Part shown: positions 17,687 to 26,863 of the stretch, one piece after another
How positions within the stretch are numbered: position 1 is the stretch's first letter
How the letters are laid out: each line of letters starts with the position of its first letter
NCBI GenBank assembly: GCA_902531885.1
Contig: CACAFZ010000002.1
Span: 41,247 to 105,246 of the forward strand
Length of the DNA stretch: 64,000 nucleotides
Source of the DNA: an uncultured Pelagibacteraceae bacterium
GTDB lineage: Bacteria > Pseudomonadota > Alphaproteobacteria > Pelagibacterales > Pelagibacteraceae
Direction: 5' to 3'
The notes under the pieces: model-generated
What the model was told of the DNA's origin: nothing
The model's input: only the letters and a program-made list of their open reading frames with translations
The model's database searches: none
Position numbers and translations under genes: made by a program

Positions 17687-18682
17687 ATGTTTAAGTTTTT
17701 TACTCAAAAAAAATGGTTTTTATGGAGTATATTTGGATCATTATTAATTCTTATTTCTACATGGTATCAGGTACAGTTAGATGTAAAAATTAATGAATGG
17801 TTTGGTGAATTTTACGACACTCTTCAAAAAGCTTTAACAACACCAAATTCAGTTTCAGAAAAAGAATTTATTGGTTACTTGTTTACATTTGCTAAAATTG
17901 CGGCTCTTTGGATTTTAATTGCTGTATTTACGGGTTTTTTTACTAGTCACTGGGTATTTAGATGGAGAACAGCAATGGCAAATTATTATCATGAACAGTG
18001 GTTAAAAGCTAGGCTTACCGAAGGTGCTTCTCAAAGAGTTCAGGAAGATACATTAAAATTTGCACGGATAATGGAAGGACTTGGAACAGGGTTGTTAGAC
18101 AGCATAATGACATTAATTGCATTTACTCCAATATTATGGGGATTATCAAAACAAATAGATGTATTACCATGGGTAGGTCAGGTGGATCATGCATTAGTTT
18201 GGGTAGCAATTCTCTCTGCTCTAGGAGGCACTATATTATTAGCAGCTGTCGGTATAAAATTACCAGGTATAGAATATGATATACAAAAGGAAGAAGCTGG
18301 ATATAGAAAAGAACTTGTTCATGGAGAAGATGATCCAATTAGAGCTGCACCACCAACCATAGGTCAATTATATAATAGAGTTAGAGGTATACATTATAAA
18401 TCTTATTTTCATTATTTATATTTTAACACTGTTAAATGGAGTTATTTTCAAGGAATGGTAATAATTCCCTATTTAGCATTAGCACCAACAATTGTAACGG
18501 GAGCTATTACACTTGGATTTGTTCAACAAATTACAAGAGCGTTTGGAAGAGTCGAGGGTTCTTTACAATATCTAGTAAAAAGTTGGTCAACTATTGTTGA
18601 ATTAATATCTGTATGGAAAAGATTAAGAGAATTTGAAATAAAATTGCACTCAACTGAAAACGACATTACTGTAAAAACTTAA
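17687..18682 (+). CDS. SbmA/BacA-like peptide transporter
   Basis: FRWRTAM, EGASQRVQEDT, EAGYRKELVHGED and WSTIVELISV.KRLR motifs. Confidence 0.9.
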   Translation: MFKFFTQKKWFLWSIFGSLLILISTWYQVQLDVKINEWFGEFYDTLQKALTTPNSVSEKEFIGYLFTFAKIAALWILIAVFTGFFTSHWVFRWRTAMANYYHEQWLKARLTEGASQRVQEDTLKFARIMEGLGTGLLDSIMTLIAFTPILWGLSKQIDVLPWVGQVDHALVWVAILSALGGTILLAAVGIKLPGIEYDIQKEEAGYRKELVHGEDDPIRAAPPTIGQLYNRVRGIHYKSYFHYLYFNTVKWSYFQGMVIIPYLALAPTIVTGAITLGFVQQITRAFGRVEGSLQYLVKSWSTIVELISVWKRLREFEIKLHSTENDITVKT

Positions 18683-18684
18683 TA

Positions 18685-19629
18685 GTGATTTTAGATAAAA
18701 AATTAATTGATAAATTTATAAATATTACATCTAATGCTGCAATTTCTTGTAAAAAATATATTGGTAAAAATGATAAAATAATTGCTGATAAAGCTGCTAC
18801 AGATTCAATTAGAAAAAATCTAAATATATTGGACATAGATGGAAAAGTTGTAATAGGAGAGGGGGAGCTAGATGAAGCACCTATGCTTTATATTGGAGAA
18901 AAATTAGGTACTGGCAAAGGACCGTCTATTGATATAGCTGTTGATCCATTAGAAGGCACAAATTTTGCAGCAAAAAATTTGCCAGGATCTTTATCTGTAA
19001 TCGCAATTGCCTCAAAAGGAAATTTATTTAACGCTCCTGAAACATATATGGACAAATTAGCAGTAGGTAAAGATGTGCCTAAAGATGCAACAGATTTAGA
19101 TTTTTCACTTGAAAAAAATATAAAAAACATAGCTGAAGCAAAAAATAAAGATATAAGTCAAATAAATGCATGTTTACTAGATCGACCTAGACATAAAGAA
19201 ATAATAAAAAAATTAAATGATTTAAAAGTTAATTTAAAACTAATTTCTGATGGTGATATTTCTGGAGCTTTATTAGTTACTGATGTTAAATATAATATTG
19301 ATATTTTTCTTGGTATAGGTGGAGGACCAGAGGGTGTTTTAGCAGCTTCAGCTTTAGATGCTTTTAATTGTAAATTTCAAGGAAGATTTTTATTTAAAAC
19401 TGATAAAGACAAAAATAGAGCAAAAAAAATGGGAATTAAAGATTTAAATAAAAAATATGAAATTAATGAAATAATTAAAGGAGATTCTATTTTTTGTGCT
19501 ACTGGTATCACTACTGGTGATCTCGTTAAAGGTGTTGAATTAAAAAATGAAAAATTTATTACTGAAACGCTTGTTACACATAAAAGCTCAACTATCAAAA
19601 TTGTAAAAAAAGAGGTACCTATTACTTGA
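18685..19629 (+). CDS. glpX: fructose-1,6-bisphosphatase class II
   Basis: VIGEGELDEAPMLYIGE, DPLEGT, DGD and GGPEGV motifs. Confidence 0.96.
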   Translation: MILDKKLIDKFINITSNAAISCKKYIGKNDKIIADKAATDSIRKNLNILDIDGKVVIGEGELDEAPMLYIGEKLGTGKGPSIDIAVDPLEGTNFAAKNLPGSLSVIAIASKGNLFNAPETYMDKLAVGKDVPKDATDLDFSLEKNIKNIAEAKNKDISQINACLLDRPRHKEIIKKLNDLKVNLKLISDGDISGALLVTDVKYNIDIFLGIGGGPEGVLAASALDAFNCKFQGRFLFKTDKDKNRAKKMGIKDLNKKYEINEIIKGDSIFCATGITTGDLVKGVELKNEKFITETLVTHKSSTIKIVKKEVPIT

Positions 19630-19664
19630 TAAACACGTTCTTTTACAATAAAAGATTGCTTTCT

Positions 19665-19739
19665 GGTCCCTTCGTCTATCGGTTAGGACACATGGTTTTC
19701 ATCCATGAAAGAGGGGTTCGATTCCCCTAGGGACCGCCA
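19665..19739 (+). tRNA. tRNA-Glu(TTC)
   Basis: GGTCCCT/AGGGACC acceptor stem, CATGG-TTTTCAT-CCATG anticodon arm, GGTTCGATTCC, CCA. Confidence 0.97.
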
Positions 19740-19741
19740 AT

Positions 19742-20008
19742 ATGACATTTTATGTGTATATGATTGGATCAAAAGTCAAAAATAAAACAATATCTTATGT
19801 AGGATATACAAATAATTTAAAAAAAAGAATAAATTTACACAATTGCTCAAAAGGTGCAAAATTTACTAAAGGAAAAAAATGGAAATTAATTTATTATAAA
19901 GAGTACAAGTCAAAAAATGAAGCTATGAAAAATGAATATAAATTAAAAAAAAATAATAATTTACGAAAAAAATTAAAAAATGAAAATTTCGATACTCCTA
20001 CCATTTAA
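19742..20008 (+). CDS. GIY-YIG nuclease family protein
   Basis: YVY...YVGYT..L.KR..HN..KGAKFT motif. Confidence 0.9.
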   Translation: MTFYVYMIGSKVKNKTISYVGYTNNLKKRINLHNCSKGAKFTKGKKWKLIYYKEYKSKNEAMKNEYKLKKNNNLRKKLKNENFDTPTI

Positions 20009-22112
20009 GGAAAATTTTTCTCCTAATTATGCGGGTGCTGTATCCCTATTTGTTAAAGATACTTCTAAAATAAGTAAATTTAAAAAAAATATAACTATTT
20101 TTGGAAATACTGAATATAAAAAAAAATTCAATTTAAAATACAAAAATATTCCAATAACAAAAAAAATTTTTCAAGGTCAAAATAAAGCTTATGTAAATGA
20201 ATTTATAAAATTTGAAGTTAAAAATAATTCTAATTTAATTGAATTACATAATAGGCCCTTTTATTTAAAACTATTAAAGAATAAGCTTAATAATAAAATT
20301 TATACCTTTTATTTTCACAATGATCCTTTAACTATGACTGGATCTAAATCTATTAAGGATAGAACTTATTTAATTAATAATTGTCATAAAGTAATTTTTA
20401 ATAGCAATTGGTCTAAGAAAAGATTTCTGCAAGGTATGCATTTTGACTATGTTAACAGTGAAAAACTTATTGTAATAAACCAATCTGCTAAAAAAATTAA
20501 ATTTAAATCTAAAGAAAAAAAGAACATAATTACTTTTGTTGGTAAATTAAATAGAGCTAAAGGATATGATATTTTTGGTCATGCCGTAATTAAAATTTTA
20601 AAAAAATATAAAAATTGGAAATCTATAGTCATCGGTGATGAGCCTAGGGATCAATTGGAATTTAACCATGATAGATTGTTAAATTTAGGTTTTGTTAATC
20701 ATGAAAAAGTATTAAATATTTATAAAAAAACCAGTATTGCTATTGTTTGCTCAAGGTGGGATGAGCCATTTGGAAGAACAAGTCTCGAAGCTTCTGCAAA
20801 CGGTTGTGCTGTAATAATAAGTAACAAAGGTGGACTTCCTGAAACAGTTACCGACGCTATCATTTTAAAAAAATTAAATTCTTTTACCCTTTTTAAAGAA
20901 GTAGAAAATTTAATTAAAAACCCCAAAGTTCGTTCTGATCTTCAAAGAAAATCCTATGAAAATTTCTATTTAACTCATTCTCATGTAACAAAGTTACTAG
21001 ATAGATTAAGAGCCGAAATTCTATTTTCTAAAAACATCTATCTAAAAAAACAACACAAACCGATAAGAATAATTCATGTTACTAATTTTAACGAGAGACA
21101 TAATGGTAGACTTTTTTTTAATACCGGCAGAAGATTAAATAATGGATTTATTAGGTCTGGACATACGGTGCTTGAATTTAGTGATAGAGATATACAAAAA
21201 CACTACAAATCCTATAAGGATCTAACTGGAGGAAAATCTCTTAACGAAAAATTATATAAAACATGTCATAATTTTAAACCGGACATGATTGTACTAGGTC
21301 ATGCCGATTTAATAGAAACTGATACTTTGGGAAATCTTAAAGATGAATATCCTCATTTAAAAATTTCTCAGTGGTTCTTGGATCCCCTTAATAAATATGG
21401 GCCCGATTATAATAAAAATAAAAATAGAATACTGGACAAAAGTAAATTTGTGGATTCTAACTTCATAACAACTAGTCCAGATGCTCTTAACTTTTTATCG
21501 AATAAAACTAAAAACTTTTTTATTCCAAATCCTACTGATCCATCATTTGAAACACTTGAAAACTACAAAAATGAATGCAGCGTTGATGTTTTTTTTGCTT
21601 TAAGTCATGGCGTCCACAGAGGAAAATTAAAATCTCGAAATTCCGATGATAGAGAACTTTTTATTAATAAGTTATTAGAAAATTCTAAAAGTGTTAAATT
21701 TGATTTATATGGCGTAAATCAAATACAACCAATTTGGGCAGATCAATTTTTTAAAGTAATATCTAATGCAAAAATGGGATTAAATTTGAGCAGGGGAGAA
21801 CCGATAAAATACTATAGCAGTGATAGAATAGCTCAAATAATTGGGAATGGTCTGGTCACCCTTATTGATGAAAAAACTTGCTACAATGATTTCTTTGATA
21901 AATCTGAAATGGTTTTTTATAAAAACCTTTCTGACTTATCTGAAAAAATAATGAAAATTAGCAAAGATGAAAAATTAAGAAAATTAATAGCAAAGAGAGG
22001 AAGAGACAAGTATCATAAATATTTTAACTCTAATTTAGTTTCGGAGTTTATAGTAAATAAAACACTTGATATTAATTATAATAAAAATAAATATTTATGG
22101 CATAGACCATAA
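19980..22112 (+). CDS. two-domain glycosyltransferase (GT4 + CgeB-like domain)
   Basis: DEPFGRTSLEA (GT4) in the N-half; GLNLSR..YSSDR in the C-half. Confidence 0.85.
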   Translation: MKISILLPFKENFSPNYAGAVSLFVKDTSKISKFKKNITIFGNTEYKKKFNLKYKNIPITKKIFQGQNKAYVNEFIKFEVKNNSNLIELHNRPFYLKLLKNKLNNKIYTFYFHNDPLTMTGSKSIKDRTYLINNCHKVIFNSNWSKKRFLQGMHFDYVNSEKLIVINQSAKKIKFKSKEKKNIITFVGKLNRAKGYDIFGHAVIKILKKYKNWKSIVIGDEPRDQLEFNHDRLLNLGFVNHEKVLNIYKKTSIAIVCSRWDEPFGRTSLEASANGCAVIISNKGGLPETVTDAIILKKLNSFTLFKEVENLIKNPKVRSDLQRKSYENFYLTHSHVTKLLDRLRAEILFSKNIYLKKQHKPIRIIHVTNFNERHNGRLFFNTGRRLNNGFIRSGHTVLEFSDRDIQKHYKSYKDLTGGKSLNEKLYKTCHNFKPDMIVLGHADLIETDTLGNLKDEYPHLKISQWFLDPLNKYGPDYNKNKNRILDKSKFVDSNFITTSPDALNFLSNKTKNFFIPNPTDPSFETLENYKNECSVDVFFALSHGVHRGKLKSRNSDDRELFINKLLENSKSVKFDLYGVNQIQPIWADQFFKVISNAKMGLNLSRGEPIKYYSSDRIAQIIGNGLVTLIDEKTCYNDFFDKSEMVFYKNLSDLSEKIMKISKDEKLRKLIAKRGRDKYHKYFNSNLVSEFIVNKTLDINYNKNKYLWHRP

Positions 22113-22960
22113 TGTTTTCTATAGTTATACCTACATTTAATAATTTCAAATATTTAAAACTTTGCTTAGAAAGTATTGATAAAAATTCTTCATTTAAACA
22201 TGAAATTATAATTCATTCAAACGACGGTTCTGATGGAACTAATGAATTTCTAAAAAATAATAAAATTAAATATTCGTGCTCGGAAAACAATTTAGGATTA
22301 TGCACTTCTATAAATGAAGCTGTAAAACTAAGTACTACAAAATATATATTATACAGTCATGATGATATGTATTTTTGTCCAGAGTGGGATAAAGTATTAT
22401 TAAATGAAATTAAAAAAATAAAACATGAAAAATTTTATTTGGGGGGTACCATGATTCAGCCGTCTGGTGCTCATATATCTTTAGATTGTGGAAATTCTAT
22501 AGATGCATTTGATGAAAAAAAATTACTAAGCAATTATCAAAATTATAATTTTTTTAATCATCAAGGAACTCATTTTGCACCCCATCTAGTTACAAAAAAT
22601 ATGTGGAATAAAGTTGGTGGATTTAGTGAAGAATTTAATCCTGGCATTGCCTCTGATCCTGACTTTAATATGAAACTTTGGAAAGAAGGAGTTAGAATAT
22701 TTAAAGGTTTGAATGATTTTAAAGTTTATCATTTTGGATCTCAAACAACTAGAAAAAATTTAGTTATTAAAAAAAATAGAGGTGACTTAACATTTATTAA
22801 AAAATGGGGAATTAGTGTAAAATTTTTTAAAAAATATTATTTAAAAACTAACTCAAAATATGAATCAGAATTAACTGACCCAATCAAAAATATATATTAT
22901 TATAAAGACTTAATAATAAATAAAATTTATTATTTTATAATTAAAATTTTAAATAAATGA
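22112..22960 (+). CDS. glycosyltransferase family 2
   Basis: SIVIPTFN, NDGSDGT, HDD, VGGFSEEF motifs. Confidence 0.9.
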   Translation: MFSIVIPTFNNFKYLKLCLESIDKNSSFKHEIIIHSNDGSDGTNEFLKNNKIKYSCSENNLGLCTSINEAVKLSTTKYILYSHDDMYFCPEWDKVLLNEIKKIKHEKFYLGGTMIQPSGAHISLDCGNSIDAFDEKKLLSNYQNYNFFNHQGTHFAPHLVTKNMWNKVGGFSEEFNPGIASDPDFNMKLWKEGVRIFKGLNDFKVYHFGSQTTRKNLVIKKNRGDLTFIKKWGISVKFFKKYYLKTNSKYESELTDPIKNIYYYKDLIINKIYYFIIKILNK

Positions 22961-23940
22961 AATTTTGTTTTCTAGATCAGACAAATTTTGAATACTCATA
23001 TATGGACAAACATTCATCTATTTTGAGAGGTGCTGAAACAATACTGATTAATCTTTCTGAAAATTTAAAAAAAATTGGACATGATGTAACTGTTTACAAT
23101 AATTGTACTGACAAAATACACAATAACAGTTCAAACTGGTACAATATAAAAAAGTTAAATAAATCAGAAAATTTATGTTTTGATGTCGCTATAGCTAATG
23201 CTGATATGAGGCTTTTGAACAAAGTAAATGCCAATAAAAAGTTAGTAATATCTTATTCTCTACAATCATTAGAAAAGTTTATTCGAAAAGGTCAGTTATT
23301 TTCATATTTCAAAAATAAACCTAAAGTTTATGTTATTGGAAATTATCACAAAAAAAAAAGATCTAAACTTTTATCACTTTTTGGAAAAAAAATATTAGAC
23401 GTTTCTATTGATGATTTGTTTATTAAAACTGAATTGACTAATAATATAGACCATAATCAAGCGATATTTACTTCTAGACCTGATCGAAATTTAAATAAAT
23501 TACTTGATATATGGAATGATAAAATATTTCCAAACTTAAAATCTGCAAAATTAATCACAACACCTGCTAAAAATGTAAGAGAGGGTAATAATGTAAAATT
23601 TAGAATTATGAGTTCTCAAAAAGAGTTAATTGATGATCTTTTAAAATCAAGGATTTTTCTTATACCAGGTCATAAAGCTGAATTATTTTGTTTAGCCGCT
23701 GAAGAAGCTAGAGAGCTATGTATACCTATAGTTACTCTAGGAATTGGCTCATTATTTGAAAGAGTAGAGCATGGAAAGACTGGTTTTATAGCAAAAAATG
23801 ATAGTGAATTTGCAGATTACACAATTGAACTTTTTAAAAATGATGACCTTTGGAATAGTATAAGATCTAATCTTGTTAATTTACGTGGTTCTAAAAGCTG
23901 GGAAATGTCTACTAAAAAATTTATAGAAAGTTTAAAATGA
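22957..23940 (+). CDS. glycosyltransferase family 4
   Basis: GAE at the N-terminus; ELFCLAAEEA; VEHGKTGF. Confidence 0.85.
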   Translation: MKFCFLDQTNFEYSYMDKHSSILRGAETILINLSENLKKIGHDVTVYNNCTDKIHNNSSNWYNIKKLNKSENLCFDVAIANADMRLLNKVNANKKLVISYSLQSLEKFIRKGQLFSYFKNKPKVYVIGNYHKKKRSKLLSLFGKKILDVSIDDLFIKTELTNNIDHNQAIFTSRPDRNLNKLLDIWNDKIFPNLKSAKLITTPAKNVREGNNVKFRIMSSQKELIDDLLKSRIFLIPGHKAELFCLAAEEARELCIPIVTLGIGSLFERVEHGKTGFIAKNDSEFADYTIELFKNDDLWNSIRSNLVNLRGSKSWEMSTKKFIESLK

Positions 23941-24689
23941 TTTATTTAAAATTTATATCTAGACTAATTAGGTTTCTTAAATCTTTATTAACAAAAACAC
24001 AACTATCTAATCATAAATTTCAAAATAAAAATCAAGTAACTAATGCCAATATTATACTTAACCTTTTAAAAAATAAAAATTTTTTACCTAATTATATTGT
24101 TGATGTTGGATGTGGTTATGGAGAATGGACTAAAAAATTATTAAATATATTTCCTATGTCTAATTTTTATCTTTACGATGCAGATAAAAATAATTTTGAA
24201 AAACTAGATCTTTTAAAAGAAAATAATAAAAATGTTCACTTTAAAATATGTTTATTATCAGATGATAATAGACCTTATAAGTTTTATAATATGGGATATG
24301 GTTCATCAATTTTTGAAGAACAAACTACACATAATAGAGATATTGAAGAAATATCATCTACTACATTAAACCAAGAACTTCCTGATGAATTAAAAAATCA
24401 AAATAATAATTTAATCAAATTAGATGTGCAAGGATCTGAATTAAAAGTGCTAGAAGGTTTAAAAGATACCATTAATTCTTTCGAAGTTATTATTTTAGAG
24501 GTTTCTATACATAACTATAATAAAGATTCACCACTATTTGATAAAGTAATGAATTATATGGTCGAAAAAAACTATAGATTGTATGATTTGTTTGATTTAA
24601 AACGTTTAGGTAACAATAATTCTTTTCTTGTTCAATTTGATTGTGTGTTTGTAAGAAATAATTCTGAACTTTTTAAAGTTAAATTTTAA
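23937..24689 (+). CDS. FkbM family methyltransferase
   Basis: VDVGCGYG and IKLDVQGSELKVLEG motifs. Confidence 0.9.
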   Translation: MIYLKFISRLIRFLKSLLTKTQLSNHKFQNKNQVTNANIILNLLKNKNFLPNYIVDVGCGYGEWTKKLLNIFPMSNFYLYDADKNNFEKLDLLKENNKNVHFKICLLSDDNRPYKFYNMGYGSSIFEEQTTHNRDIEEISSTTLNQELPDELKNQNNNLIKLDVQGSELKVLEGLKDTINSFEVIILEVSIHNYNKDSPLFDKVMNYMVEKNYRLYDLFDLKRLGNNNSFLVQFDCVFVRNNSELFKVKF

Positions 24690-25632
24690 TTTTATTTAAA
24701 GCATTATTTTTAAATATATTTGCTTCTCTTATATATCTTCTAACCATTTGTGTTGTTTTGTGACCTGTCATTGCCATAATACTTCTTTCATCAGCTCCTG
24801 ATTCCGCGGCAACTGTTGCAAAACCTGATCTTAAGCTATGTCCTGAATAATTTTTATTTTCTATACCTGCTAGATTCAAGTAATCTTTAATTATTAAAAC
24901 TACTGATTGATCTGTTAATCTATTGTTTGTTAATACTGAACCTTTTGCAAATCGTCTAAAAATTGGACCAGATTTTATATTTGATAACTCTATCCATTTT
25001 TTTAGGTTAATTACTGGACAATATTTTTCATTTGTGAAGTAGGGTAGGCCTTTTATCATTCCTTCACCAAATTGATCTGTTTTTGACTTTTTTATAGTTA
25101 TTTTAACACCCTCTGGAACGAATTCTAAGTCTTCATGATCAATTGATATTAATTCAGTTCTTCTAAATCCGCCTCCAAAACCAACTAATAAAATTGTTTT
25201 GTCTCTAATTTTTTTTATTTCTTCTACTTTTTGATCATCAATAACATTAATAATTGATTTTAAATGATTGATTAATATAGGTTTTTTTCCTTTTTGAATG
25301 CTTCCTTTAACCCTTTTTATACCCATTAAATTTTCTATAATTATTGGATGTTTAGTATCTAGATAATGACCTTTAAGTCTATGAATCATACTTATTGACA
25401 CTAATCTTCTTCTTAAAGTACTGATTTTTGAGTTTTTTGATAGATACGTGAGGTAAAGAGATACTATTTTAGGTTCAGTTGGTAGGGAATCAAAACCATG
25501 CTTTGCGCAAAAAGCCCCAAAATCTCTAAAATCTGACTTGTAAGCTCTTAAAGTGTTATTAGCCTTAGAACTTTTGAGGTTATTTAATGTTTCCTCATGA
25601 AGTGATTTTAGGTCTGTAACAAGTTCATTCAT
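24679..25632 (-). CDS. Cre-like tyrosine recombinase
   Basis: SAM-like N-domain (ANNTLRAYKSD); intact catalytic set GFRRTEL, SKTDQ, GHSLRSG, TGH and RRY; no arm-binding domain. Confidence 0.92.
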   Translation of the reverse strand: MNELVTDLKSLHEETLNNLKSSKANNTLRAYKSDFRDFGAFCAKHGFDSLPTEPKIVSLYLTYLSKNSKISTLRRRLVSISMIHRLKGHYLDTKHPIIIENLMGIKRVKGSIQKGKKPILINHLKSIINVIDDQKVEEIKKIRDKTILLVGFGGGFRRTELISIDHEDLEFVPEGVKITIKKSKTDQFGEGMIKGLPYFTNEKYCPVINLKKWIELSNIKSGPIFRRFAKGSVLTNNRLTDQSVVLIIKDYLNLAGIENKNYSGHSLRSGFATVAAESGADERSIMAMTGHKTTQMVRRYIREANIFKNNALNKIKI

Positions 25633-25635
25633 ATA

Positions 25636-25670
25636 ATTACTATTGATAACAATTAATTATCATTAGTAAT
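25636..25670. repeat. loxP/dif-like palindrome: 14 bp arms with a 7 bp spacer
   Basis: ATTACTATTGATAA-CAATTAA-TTATCATTAGTAAT; arms match 13/14; 3 bp upstream of the recombinase ATG. Confidence 0.75.
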
Positions 25671-25716
25671 ATAATAACGCATTTTTAAAGTCAAGGAAAT
25701 AATATAAAATAATTAA

Positions 25717-25881
25717 ATGCCAAAATATGCTTTAATTGGATTAATTGTAGTAATAACAACATTTGTAATAATAAATTATTGGTCAAAATTAAAAGAAAAA
25801 ACGAGAAACAAAATAATTGCATCAATATTTGGAATAATTGCAATAGGATTTGTAGTACTCATAGCATTATTAATATATTAA
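25717..25881 (+). CDS. small two-TM membrane protein, 54 aa, not in ORF track
   Basis: MPKYALIGLIVVITTFVIINYWSKLKEKTRNKIIASIFGIIAIGFVVLIALLIY. Confidence 0.65.
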   Translation: MPKYALIGLIVVITTFVIINYWSKLKEKTRNKIIASIFGIIAIGFVVLIALLIY

Positions 25882-25944
25882 GTTCTTTTCCCCACTATTA
25901 ACAGTTGTTAAAAAATCAGTAAATTCAACAATAAAGTGATACAT

Positions 25945-26160
25945 ACAACCAGATAGTTCTGATATTGTAAAAATGAATTAAGGGGCAACCCTTAACTGGC
26001 CGATTGGGGAAAAGCCGAGAGGTTCAAGCCCAGGGGGCAGAAAGCTCTACAAAGCAGCGCTAAACATGTAGAGCGGAAGGCATGGCGGTAGCGCATTAAA
26101 CGACGTGCCAAAACTACTGTTCTTTGTGCCGTAAAAAGCACAAGGAAACAGGGTTTTTCT
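25945..26160 (+). ncRNA. structured ncRNA of unassigned class; ends approximate
   Basis: GC-rich island with at least five hairpins, GCAA and GAGA tetraloops on the + strand, complementary loops GCGCTA/TAGCGC, and a final stem followed by a T-run. Confidence 0.8.
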
Positions 26161-26167
26161 TCATAAA

Positions 26168-26449
26168 ATGTTCAAAAAAGGTACTAAATTTCAAAAAAAA
26201 GTCTGGAAATATCTATTAAAAATTCCAAAAGGAAAAGTAAAAACCTATAAACAAGTTGCCATAGGTATAAATAGTCCTAAATCTGCTCGTGCTGTTGCTA
26301 ATGCATGTGGAAACAACCCTTATGCTCCCAAGGTACCTTGTCATAGAGTCATTAGGTCTGATGGTACTCTGGGTGGTTTCTCTGCTCCCGGAGGCACTAA
26401 TATGAAAAAAAAGCTTTTAAAAAAAGAAGGTTTTTGCTTTAAAAGCTAG
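26168..26449 (+). CDS. MGMT family methylated-DNA-protein-cysteine methyltransferase (C-terminal domain only)
   Basis: IPKGKVKTY, ARAVANAC and PCHRV active site. Confidence 0.92.
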   Translation: MFKKGTKFQKKVWKYLLKIPKGKVKTYKQVAIGINSPKSARAVANACGNNPYAPKVPCHRVIRSDGTLGGFSAPGGTNMKKKLLKKEGFCFKS

Positions 26450-26863
26450 CATTATCAATGATTTTAACCTATTTACCCCTCTTTATCTTAAATTAAGCAG
26501 TTTCCCCCTTCAGTTGTACTCTATATTAATATATCATAAAATACGCCACTTCTATGGCCGTTTAAACGCTATATTCAGTATATGCAACCCTCTAGAATCT
26601 TTTATTTCCAAAGTTATTTTTATTTGTAAATATCACTATTTTTAGCTTATTTTTATTACTTTTTTTCTTAAATTTTATGTCTATATTAGCAATCTTCTAG
26701 AATTCTTGATTTTGCTAACTTTTTAACTTCATTATTTATTTCTTATTTTCACATCTTTATTAATAATAAATTGTCTTTATATTTAATAATTTACTTTAAA
26801 TAATATAAATATATTAATAATTACAATGATTTATATTTAATAGTTAAAGTATTTAATTAAGTC

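Noticed and set aside
25945-26160. tmRNA, SRP RNA or RNase P RNA identity for the structured RNA
   Set aside because: No tRNA-like ends or tag frame, no SRP domain IV motif, and no GAGGAAAGTCC RNase P motif seen.
19665-26863. Island integrated at tRNA-Glu by the 317 aa recombinase
   Set aside because: No duplicated tRNA-Glu fragment seen on the far side, the recombinase lacks an arm-binding domain, and composition is host-like.
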